A DNA stretch of 64,000 nucleotides, from the IMG/VR virus record IMGVR_UViG_3300026256_000121, positions 1 to 64,000 of that record; one strand, 5' to 3'. Numbering within the stretch: the first letter of the stretch is position 1; the number at the start of each line of letters is the position of its first letter. The stretch is from a virus. A model generated the notes under the pieces. That model searched no databases, was not told the DNA's origin, and saw nothing but the letters and a program-made list of their open reading frames with translations. Of the stretch, positions 56,675-64,000 are shown piece by piece. The translations under genes and the position numbers were made by a program.

Positions 56675-57333
56675 AATTCCTCCATTATAGGAAAAATACC
56701 AGCAATTACAGTTGCACATTCCTGAGCAATTTCCATGTGTTCTTTCTGAGTGCCATTAGCACTACGTAATTCAATATAATGTACCCAACTTCTAAGACTT
56801 CCATTCATATATAATCGTGTTTTAGTGTTACCTTCCGGCAATACTACCCTAGCTTGTTCTTTTGCAATGTTATGTTCAATAGCCCAGTCGTATGCAAGTT
56901 TAGAATGTTCAATAACTCTTTGTTGCATAGCATTCCATTGATCTTGTAGTAATTTATCTTCTACTTCAACTGAATTTTGTCTATTCTTTTCATCTTGTAA
57001 ACGTGCTTCTCTATGAATAAACATATCTCCCATTTCTTCAGGATTAGCATAACGTTGACTAAACTCTTGAAAACTAAAACTACGATGTCTTACAATTTGA
57101 TGTGCAATATCTCTAGTAGTATTAATTTCTAAACAAGCATTAACCATTTCTAATGGTGACCAATGTTTATGTTTAATCAAGTACTTAATAAGTTTTTCAC
57201 TAGTTTCAGAGTTAATTTGATTATTTGGATTGCTTACTTTAGCACAAAAGGCAATTAAGTCTTGTACGTTTTCTAATCCTTCTTCGAGAAAATCATCTGA
57301 TGGTTTTGAATATGAAACTAATTTTACATTCAT
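56671..57333 (-). CDS. thyX: Flavin-dependent thymidylate synthase
   Basis: HWSPLE, QIVRHRSFSFQEFSQRY, EQARVVLP, GSLRSW.H..LR. Confidence 0.95.
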   Translation of the reverse strand: MNVKLVSYSKPSDDFLEEGLENVQDLIAFCAKVSNPNNQINSETSEKLIKYLIKHKHWSPLEMVNACLEINTTRDIAHQIVRHRSFSFQEFSQRYANPEEMGDMFIHREARLQDEKNRQNSVEVEDKLLQDQWNAMQQRVIEHSKLAYDWAIEHNIAKEQARVVLPEGNTKTRLYMNGSLRSWVHYIELRSANGTQKEHMEIAQECATVIAGIFPIMEEL

Positions 57334-57334
57334 G

Positions 57335-57652
57335 TTATCCTGTCCTTAGTATAATATGTACTCCAAATGGTGAAATACAAGGAGGACCTATGTCATCCTT
57401 TGTAATAGTTTTACAAGCATTAGAAAATTCAAACGCCATAGTTTCTTCTTCAAACCATCCTAAATCACCGCCCTGGTTTTTGCTCGGACAAGCACTATTT
57501 TCTCGTGCCGCCTGATCAAACGATATTTGTCCATTTTTTATCTTGTCTACTAATTCTTGTGCTTGGGTCATTGCTAGTGCAATTCCTCTGCTATGTGTAG
57601 GAGGATTAGCATCTTTATGACTCAATAAAATATGTGATGCTCTCATTCTCAT
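57335..57652 (-). CDS. Parvulin-type PPIase
   Basis: ASHIL, F..AR..S.CPS..GGDLGWF, S.FG.HII. Confidence 0.92.
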   Translation of the reverse strand: MRMRASHILLSHKDANPPTHSRGIALAMTQAQELVDKIKNGQISFDQAARENSACPSKNQGGDLGWFEEETMAFEFSNACKTITKDDIGPPCISPFGVHIILRTG

Positions 57653-57655
57653 ATA

Positions 57656-57997
57656 TTAATCTCCTTTGCCTGGAGCTTCATTAAAGTATTTCATTTTTCC
57701 TTTTACGCCTTCCCAGTCTTTAACATCAGCTGGTACGTCTTCTTCTCGTTTTTGCGTAATGTTAGGCCATATATTAGCATATTCTTGATTTAACTTTAAC
57801 CACTTATTATCTTCATCCATATTATCTGTAATAATTGCGTCTGCAGGACATTCTGGTTCGCATACACCACAATCAATACATTCATCAGGATGTATGACCA
57901 ACATATTTTCTCCCTCATAAAAACAGTCTACAGGACAAACTTCAACACAATCCATATGCTTACAGTTAATACAGTCATCATTTACAAGGTATGTCAT
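57656..57997 (-). CDS. fdxA: FdxA-type ferredoxin
   Basis: [33 protein letters not shown]. Confidence 0.93.
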   Translation of the reverse strand: MTYLVNDDCINCKHMDCVEVCPVDCFYEGENMLVIHPDECIDCGVCEPECPADAIITDNMDEDNKWLKLNQEYANIWPNITQKREEDVPADVKDWEGVKGKMKYFNEAPGKGD

Positions 57998-58032
57998 TGT
58001 TTGCTACTCAGTTCCTTATTTGCACTTATTTA

Positions 58033-58953
58033 CTATTCTTTAAGTCTGTTCAGCTTTATCATGGTTGCGGCTAAATTAATTTCGGGATCTACAACTAACG
58101 TATGATCCACTAACCCTTGTTTAATTATAATAACAGCTTGGTCTTGTTTATCTTCATTACCAAATAATTCTATGTTATCATAAAGCCAACGATATACATC
58201 TTCCATTTCTTCTGCTTTTGCAGATCCGCAAACTAGTTTTCTTGCTTCAGTTATTTTGCCTGCTTTAAATAACTCAACCATATCTAACTTCCAATCAGCA
58301 TCACCTTTATCCATCTCATTTGCGGCTAAAAGTGTACCATCAGTACTATTCATTTGTACCATATTAATACATTTACGTAAGTCAGGATATGTTGCTTTTA
58401 CATACGTATCAAGTGTGTCTAAGTCTGGAGTAATACCTTCTGTAATAAGAATTTCAGCTACACGAGCCGTAAACTCTGTTTGATCTATTCTAGCAATATG
58501 AAAACCTTGACAACGACTATGTAAAGCAGGGATAACACGGTTGGGGTAATTGCAAGTAAGAATAAACCTTGAAGTGGTGTGATATTCTTCCATAACTCCA
58601 CGTAATGCCGCTTGAGCGTTAGGGGAAAGGTAATCAGCTTCATCAAGTAATACAACTTTAAAATCTCCAAACGGTATCATTTGTACAAAGTTTACAATTT
58701 TATCACGAACATCTTCTACACTATTTGTTCTACTCGCATTAATTTCAAGAATGTCTAAGTCATTGAGATCAAGTTCGTTAAACAATAATTTTGCAAGTGT
58801 TGTTTTACCTATACCTGCGTTACCACTAAACAATAAGTGTGGAATTGTTTTTTCTTTAATCCAATTCTTAACTTGTGCTTTTTGATGTTCATCTCGAAAG
58901 ACATAACCATCTATAGTTTTTGGTCTATACTTTTCTACCCACAGCTCTTTCAT
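58033..58953 (-). CDS. Clamp loader subunit (RFC/gp44-like)
   Basis: WVEKYRP, GNAGIGKT, INAS, LDEAD, SRC, DLRK. Confidence 0.93.
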   Translation of the reverse strand: MKELWVEKYRPKTIDGYVFRDEHQKAQVKNWIKEKTIPHLLFSGNAGIGKTTLAKLLFNELDLNDLDILEINASRTNSVEDVRDKIVNFVQMIPFGDFKVVLLDEADYLSPNAQAALRGVMEEYHTTSRFILTCNYPNRVIPALHSRCQGFHIARIDQTEFTARVAEILITEGITPDLDTLDTYVKATYPDLRKCINMVQMNSTDGTLLAANEMDKGDADWKLDMVELFKAGKITEARKLVCGSAKAEEMEDVYRWLYDNIELFGNEDKQDQAVIIIKQGLVDHTLVVDPEINLAATMIKLNRLKE

Positions 58954-58971
58954 TTTGACTCCATATTAATT

Positions 58972-59139
58972 CTAGTCACGTTTTTGAGTTCCTTCTTGCC
59001 CTGCGGCTACTAAGATTATAAAAATATATAAAAATGGCCAAGCCCATCCTACTAAATGTCCTGTAATATGTAAGATCATTAATGTAATACCTGTAGCACC
59101 GACGGTGCCAATGCTCATACGTTGTACTGGTAATTTCAC
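58972..59139 (-). CDS. 55-aa membrane protein (not in track)
   Basis: GTG start, AAGGAG SD, own sigma70 promoter; two hydrophobic segments. Confidence 0.65.
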   Translation of the reverse strand: MKLPVQRMSIGTVGATGITLMILHITGHLVGWAWPFLYIFIILVAAGQEGTQKRD

Positions 59140-59160
59140 ATACTCTCCTTATTTTATTAT

Positions 59161-59189
59161 ATTATAGACTAAAATGTAGAAGATGTCAA
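59161..59189 (-). promoter_or_regulatory. Sigma70-type promoter
   Basis: TTGACA-N17-TATAAT. Confidence 0.85.
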
Positions 59190-59192
59190 GTA

Positions 59193-59795
59193 TTATTTTT
59201 GAAGGGGTAATCCGTTAAAGATGAATCCAATTGTAGCTCGTGGACTAACATTTTTTGGCGGTAATCCTTTATGAAGGTAACTACTTGGAAATACTACGCA
59301 TCGACTCTTTTTCCAATCAACATTATGGGTTGGACCATTGTTACGATCTGACCAAAATTCTAAACCTGTATCGCCTTGTAAAAAATATACTAATGTGTGT
59401 GAAGGAATCCATCCAGGCATATTCATTTGAGTTGCATCATCAGGAGCATCAGGATGTAGTCCACCGTAATGTTCTTCTGTAGTTAAATTAATTTGTACTT
59501 GATTTAATTGTAAATCCTCTTGAAGGTTTTTAAAAAGATTTGTTTTTTTATGATGTATGATGGTCCAAAGTGCTTTAAGTTCCCAGGGCATGTCAACTAA
59601 AAACTTTGTATGATTAACTGTGGCTCCGTGTTGTATGTCACGAGTCCATTGTTCACTAAAAGTATTATAACCCTCATCGTACCCTAATCCCCGATGTCCA
59701 AATCTTAAAGGCATGTGAGGTATTACAGCTTCAATTTGATCTATTAACCAATCTGGTACTAAATCATCAAACACTAAAATATTATTTTTGTTCAT
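59193..59795 (-). CDS. 2OG-Fe(II) oxygenase, paralogue 1
   Basis: LHPD..VFPS..LHKGLPP..R. Confidence 0.8.
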   Translation of the reverse strand: MNKNNILVFDDLVPDWLIDQIEAVIPHMPLRFGHRGLGYDEGYNTFSEQWTRDIQHGATVNHTKFLVDMPWELKALWTIIHHKKTNLFKNLQEDLQLNQVQINLTTEEHYGGLHPDAPDDATQMNMPGWIPSHTLVYFLQGDTGLEFWSDRNNGPTHNVDWKKSRCVVFPSSYLHKGLPPKNVSPRATIGFIFNGLPLQK

Positions 59796-60636
59796 TCGTA
59801 ACTCCCCAGTTATCTATATTATCTTGATTAAAAATAGAATGAATAATTCTACGTTCTCTTGCAAATGGTGTAGCTTCACCACTAATAATAAAAGCCATAG
59901 TTACACGTGGACTAACATTTTTTGGTGGTAATCCTTGGTGTATAAATTTACTAGGAAATATTACCATACGTCCATCTTTCCAATCAACAGTATGACATTT
60001 AAACGAATCCATTTTCCCTGGATGATTAGCAAAGTCATCGTCATACCATGTTCCGTCTTTTGTTCGTAGACCTTTATTTTTATATGCTAGTTCTCTTGTT
60101 TTTTCTATTTCAGCATGTACTTCTGCTTCTGTAACTGTACCTTGCGTTACTCCATGCGATAATTCTGCTATTTTAGGATTTACATGTTCAGGATTATTAG
60201 ACCAAAATTCTAAACCAGCATCACCTTGTAACATATAAAGCATCGTATACGCAGGTGCGTCTTCTTGAATGTCAACGTGTAATCCGCCGGAATGTTGTTT
60301 AGTTGTTAAGTTTAGTTGTATTTGATTTAGTTGAATGTTCCCAACATTTGGAGAAATTCTTTTTCTATTTTCGTTTAATACTGTCCATATAGCTGTTAAT
60401 TGCCAGGGAGCTTCATCTAAATTTTTATTAGCATTAGCGTCACCCCATTGCTCAGACCAGAACTGATATCCTTGATACGGACCAAGGCCTCGATGGCCGA
60501 AACCTAATGCAATGTGTGGAAGTGTTTTTACTGCTTCTTTGTGCAACCAACTTGGAACAATATCGTCTAAAACATATATGTCTTGAGCTATATTATAAGT
60601 CGCCGGACTTCCTATTTTCTGAGTGATAGACGTCAA
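59782..60636 (-). CDS. 2OG-Fe(II) oxygenase, paralogue 2
   Basis: LHVD..IFPS..IHQGLPP..R. Confidence 0.8.
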   Translation of the reverse strand: MTSITQKIGSPATYNIAQDIYVLDDIVPSWLHKEAVKTLPHIALGFGHRGLGPYQGYQFWSEQWGDANANKNLDEAPWQLTAIWTVLNENRKRISPNVGNIQLNQIQLNLTTKQHSGGLHVDIQEDAPAYTMLYMLQGDAGLEFWSNNPEHVNPKIAELSHGVTQGTVTEAEVHAEIEKTRELAYKNKGLRTKDGTWYDDDFANHPGKMDSFKCHTVDWKDGRMVIFPSKFIHQGLPPKNVSPRVTMAFIISGEATPFARERRIIHSIFNQDNIDNWGVTNEQK

Positions 60637-61000
60637 ATTCTCCTCCTGGATATCTGTCTTTTAATTTCTTAACATTTTCTGCAACTACTGAATTAGGATC
60701 AAGGCCAAGAGACCTACAAGCATTAGTCCAGTACCACATAATATCGCCCAATTCTCGTTTAAGATGAAATGCAGTTTCATCGTCAAGCGGTTTACCTTGG
60801 AATAGACATTTTTTAACAATTTCACTAAACTCACCTCCTTCACTTGATAAGCCAATTGATGCTGTTAATAATAATGGAATATTAACATCTGTTGTTTGTT
60901 CTAGTTCTTGAACTCTTCCGAAGAATGCTCCAGAAACATTACTTTCAACTGACGTAACTTTTTCTACAAATTCTTCATACCGCTTTAAGTCAATGTCCAA
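60593..61000 (-). CDS. mazG: MazG-like NTP pyrophosphohydrolase
   Basis: GLSSEGGEF.EIVKK..ELGDIMWY..N..KL..RY. Confidence 0.9.
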   Translation of the reverse strand: MDIDLKRYEEFVEKVTSVESNVSGAFFGRVQELEQTTDVNIPLLLTASIGLSSEGGEFSEIVKKCLFQGKPLDDETAFHLKRELGDIMWYWTNACRSLGLDPNSVVAENVKKLKDRYPGGEFDVYHSENRKSGDL

Positions 61001-61035
61001 CTTAACCTCCTTAGTAACTAATTTATTTAACTAAT

Positions 61036-61440
61036 TTATGTTATATCCCCAATCCATCCTGAATCGGGTTCTTCATGTTGCCACGCTAAAATACCATCGG
61101 TATCTACAGTACGCAGAATAACAACTTCATCTTCATCAGGTAACTCAACATTGTACCCTCTAGTCCACCTTCCGTGTTCTATAAGAAGCCAGTCACCTAC
61201 TTTATACTCTTCTTTATTTTCATGCCCTATAGCATAGATCTTACCCCATCTAGGCTTAATGCCATGATTTTTACCATCATCTGACATAATAATAAGTCCA
61301 GCTGTAGTTTTCATCTCACCAAAGTTCATTTCTCGAACAATAACTCGATCATGTAACGGTCTTATATTACCTTTAAAAACTGCAATAGACTTACTTGGCC
61401 CGCCAAGTTGGGAGGCCATATCGTAATTGTTTGGATCCAT
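61036..61440 (-). CDS. groES: GroES-like co-chaperonin
   Basis: IRPLHDRVIV..TTAGLII..G.IYAIG..KVGD. Confidence 0.85.
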   Translation of the reverse strand: MDPNNYDMASQLGGPSKSIAVFKGNIRPLHDRVIVREMNFGEMKTTAGLIIMSDDGKNHGIKPRWGKIYAIGHENKEEYKVGDWLLIEHGRWTRGYNVELPDEDEVVILRTVDTDGILAWQHEEPDSGWIGDIT

Positions 61441-61443
61441 TTG

Positions 61444-61845
61444 TTAGTCACCCTTTTTCACAAAGTTACCATCGCTATCTTCAAGCCAATCCTCATCTTT
61501 TGCTTCTTCAACCTTAGCTTCTACCTTAGGTGCAACCTTAGGTTCTGCCTTTTTAGGCTTTGAAACTTTTTTAGGTACTACTGTTGGTTCTTTTTGCATT
61601 TCTGCAACACCAACACCAGCTTCTTCATTTGGAACTGCTTGTGGATGATCTCTATAATAATCACCCATAACTTCTTCACGTTTTTTAATGATTTTGCCGC
61701 CAGGGCCTAATTCATCACCGCGAGCATTAACACGAACATTACCTACTGCTGGTGTTAATTCATTTTTTTGGCGCAATAAATCCATATCAACAGCTTTACC
61801 TTGTAGTGATATGTGTTGTTTGCGACCTGTTTGACTATTTGCCAT
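61444..61845 (-). CDS. Hypothetical protein
   Basis: AVGN..VNARGD.LG.GG; late motif at 61868-61875. Confidence 0.6.
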   Translation of the reverse strand: MANSQTGRKQHISLQGKAVDMDLLRQKNELTPAVGNVRVNARGDELGPGGKIIKKREEVMGDYYRDHPQAVPNEEAGVGVAEMQKEPTVVPKKVSKPKKAEPKVAPKVEAKVEEAKDEDWLEDSDGNFVKKGD

Positions 61846-61870
61846 TATACTTCTCCTATTATGTACGTAT

Positions 61871-62395
61871 TTATCTCATGAACTCTTGCCAGGATAGCTG
61901 ATACTGGATCGGGTTAATCTTATGCACACCAATCAAGTATAATACATAACTTGCTACACTAGATCCACGTCCTACACCCCATACCATATTATTTTCTCTC
62001 ATAACATCTATCAAATATACAAGAAATCTTAATAAATTGAATAATCCTCTTTTTTCATACTCATGCATTTCTTCACGAACTCTTGCCATTTCTTTTGGCT
62101 CGTCTGGACATTTATCTAAAATATAATTATAGATATCTAATTTTTTATATTTTTCAGGCATAAACCAGTCTGATTGTAATGCTTCATCAAAATCTTTTTG
62201 TTCTACATCTATTGGAATATACTTTGTAAGAGTAGGAAGACCTTGTTCTTGCGATACTTTATTAAATTGGTCTATATCGTCACTAGGATCGCACAATACT
62301 ACATAACACTTTTCAGCATGACCTGTATAGATCATATCAATAAGGTCTTTGTTTGAGAATCGTGGTATTCCTAGGGAGTCTGTTTTCATAAGCAT
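61871..62395 (-). CDS. Stand-alone DnaE (Pol III alpha) fragment
   Basis: R..EE..YL.DVMR..GVGRGSSVAS.V.YLIG..INP..Y.L..EF. Confidence 0.75.
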   Translation of the reverse strand: MLMKTDSLGIPRFSNKDLIDMIYTGHAEKCYVVLCDPSDDIDQFNKVSQEQGLPTLTKYIPIDVEQKDFDEALQSDWFMPEKYKKLDIYNYILDKCPDEPKEMARVREEMHEYEKRGLFNLLRFLVYLIDVMRENNMVWGVGRGSSVASYVLYLIGVHKINPIQYQLSWQEFMR

Positions 62396-62401
62396 TTATA
62401 T

Positions 62402-62430
62402 ATTTTAACTGATATTAATTAGATTGTCAA
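62402..62430 (-). promoter_or_regulatory. Sigma70 promoter, probably giving a leaderless mRNA
   Basis: TTGACA-N17-TAAAAT, then ATG 6 nt later. Confidence 0.7.
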
Positions 62431-62632
62431 GATCTTTATTGTTCGAATCGTCCAATCTTGCTTTAACTTGGCGTTCACTAAGTTCTAATTTATAAGTGTC
62501 GATCAATAATGATATTTGATTTTGAGCTTCGGGGTTTCTAGTTTGAAAAAATTTCTTTGTTAATTCGGAAAGTGCTTCATCAATTTCTAAATCAGATTTC
62601 TGTGACAAATTATCTGCAAATGGATGATTCAT
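62405..62632 (-). CDS. Hypothetical protein
   Basis: 75 aa, helical. Confidence 0.6.
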   Translation of the reverse strand: MNHPFADNLSQKSDLEIDEALSELTKKFFQTRNPEAQNQISLLIDTYKLELSERQVKARLDDSNNKDLDNLINIS

Positions 62633-62642
62633 TTATTACCTA

Positions 62643-63209
62643 TCAAGTAAAAGTACTAACGTAATGACCATATACTGTAGTGCCGCCGTCAGTAGTCCAA
62701 AAATCAAGTACCATAGGATTTACATTACTTCCGACAACAAACGGTGAAGGAAAACTAGCATCATACTTAATTACTCCGCCACCAGCAGTAGCCCATGTAA
62801 CTGTTCGAGCAGTACTATCACCTAGCGTATCTAACAACATTAATCTAATTTTACCAACTTTGCCTGTATCTGGCCAATCTGTAAAAGTTAGTGTAATATT
62901 ACCACCAATTGTAAATGTTTGATAATTACCATTTGTAAAACTAATATTTTGGGGAGCAACTACTGTTCCACCAGCATATACTTTTTCTGTATTAGCTGTT
63001 AAATTAGCACCTGTAACTTCGTTTCCTAGAAAGTCGTTATTTGCATTAAGTTTAGCCGTACTTGTTTGTAGAGTTTCAATCTCACTTTTAGCCGCAGTAA
63101 AGTTGTTCTTTATTGTGCTAAAATTATTACGAAATCCTTGACTATCATTATCCTGTCCTGCAATAGGATATGTAGAGTCAATGCTTGTGTTGTCAATATT
63201 ACTGGCCAT
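62643..63209 (-). CDS. Virion structural protein (baseplate/tail-associated)
   Basis: YPIAGQDNDSQGFRNNF; T/G-rich beta C-terminus; late motif at 63232-63239. Confidence 0.6.
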   Translation of the reverse strand: MASNIDNTSIDSTYPIAGQDNDSQGFRNNFSTIKNNFTAAKSEIETLQTSTAKLNANNDFLGNEVTGANLTANTEKVYAGGTVVAPQNISFTNGNYQTFTIGGNITLTFTDWPDTGKVGKIRLMLLDTLGDSTARTVTWATAGGGVIKYDASFPSPFVVGSNVNPMVLDFWTTDGGTTVYGHYVSTFT

Positions 63210-63243
63210 TATTATTCCTCTCTAGTATGTATATTTATCGCCT

Positions 63244-64000
63244 TTAAACATTAAAGGCATAGTTACCGAACGGAATATACTGCTCGGCGCTGTTATCTGT
63301 AGTAGTATCTATTATGTATCTATCAATCTCAAAGTCTAATACCTTAAAATTGAACCCGCTAGTAGTGATATTTAGTAATACTTTAGCACTAGTACCTGCT
63401 TTACAGTAGCATAATGGTATAGCTGTAACAAAACCTAATTCCTGTACTGTATTAGTTTGGGCAGTAGCCATCCATAATGGAAGAAAATTCCCTTCAGTTT
63501 TACCAACTGATGATAATTGATTCCGCATATTTGTAATGTTGTTAATATAACGAGTTTGATCATTAGTATCACTAATTTTAATAGCACTACTACTAACTTT
63601 AATTGGTGTATTTTTAGGTCTCCATCTAAACGGATCACTTGTAGTTGTAGCAATTTTTTGGGCACTTATAGTATTACCATTTTTTAGTTCTACCTGAATA
63701 ACCCCGTTTGCATCATAAATGACTGTTCCGGTTCTAGTAATAACTTCAAGATCGTTACCTAGTGCTACAACTTGGATTCGTTGTCCTTGAGAATTTAGTA
63801 TTTCAAATACTGCTACACCGGCTCCTTCTTTAGTAACATCATCCATTGTTTCAAACTCAACACTATCAACTGTAATTTTTTCTGAATTAGTAATAACATG
63901 TTTTGCTCTGACAGTCTTAGGACGATCTTCATATACTTTATCAAACGTTTCACGATCAAACATTTTTTCATTTATATCATATGGGTCATGTACTTCTACG
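63244..64000 (-). CDS. C-terminal part of a large structural (baseplate-like) protein, truncated at the window edge
   Basis: Frame open to 64000 (VEVHDPY..); LPLWM..Q, LCYCK.G, DFEIDRY. Confidence 0.55.
   Translation of the reverse strand, partial: VEVHDPYDINEKMFDRETFDKVYEDRPKTVRAKHVITNSEKITVDSVEFETMDDVTKEGAGVAVFEILNSQGQRIQVVALGNDLEVITRTGTVIYDANGVIQVELKNGNTISAQKIATTTSDPFRWRPKNTPIKVSSSAIKISDTNDQTRYINNITNMRNQLSSVGKTEGNFLPLWMATAQTNTVQELGFVTAIPLCYCKAGTSAKVLLNITTSGFNFKVLDFEIDRYIIDTTTDNSAEQYIPFGNYAFNV

Noticed and set aside
1-64000. Stop-codon reassignment as seen in some jumbo phages
   Set aside because: Conserved genes are full length under the standard code, and TAA, TAG and TGA all end genes at expected positions
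1-64000. CRISPR array, tRNA, rRNA, intron or intein
   Set aside because: Intergenic gaps are short and explained by promoters or micro-ORFs; no spaced repeats or cloverleafs seen; PolB and ClpA are uninterrupted. A tRNAscan/Rfam run would be the formal check

Overview
AT-rich (roughly one-third G+C), densely coding 64 kb segment of a large T4-related (jumbo-like) myophage genome, mostly on the minus strand and read with the standard code. No rRNA, tRNA, CRISPR array or integrase was seen. An FdxA-type ferredoxin hints at an alphaproteobacterial host (inference). Left to right: (1) 1-11.9 kb, a divergently transcribed tailoring-enzyme island (4 radical SAM enzymes, QueC-like ATP pyrophosphatase, 3 AspH/2OG-type oxygenases, 2 kinase-fold proteins, PLP enzyme, GNAT, desaturase, FTR1 iron permease) abutting a tail-fibre gene; (2) MoxR ATPase/vWA-metallopeptidase pair and RNase H; (3) 21-31 kb, a 7-deazaguanine cluster (QueE, FolE, QueD-like, large TGT/DpdA-like) interleaved with a GT-B glycosyltransferase, PRTase, HIT, SGNH and 2OG enzymes; (4) clamp, exonuclease and family B DNA polymerase; (5) 37.5-45.9 kb, an array of putative capsid-internal modular polyproteins sharing an N-terminal motif and carrying enzyme cargo; (6) ClpA, peptide deformylase, DnaJ; (7) a lysis cassette containing a serine-less acyl carrier protein; (8) PhoH, ThyX, parvulin, ferredoxin, clamp loader, MazG, GroES, a DnaE fragment and structural genes. 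Reading the DNA directly also gave near-consensus sigma70 promoters, a TAA(A/G)TA late-promoter motif often placed exactly 5 nt before an ATG (leaderless mRNAs), several small ORFs missing from the track (including a metallothionein-like peptide), a probable overlapping gene inside queE, and structured leaders on folE and phoH. All functional calls come from motif recognition by eye, with no database searches.
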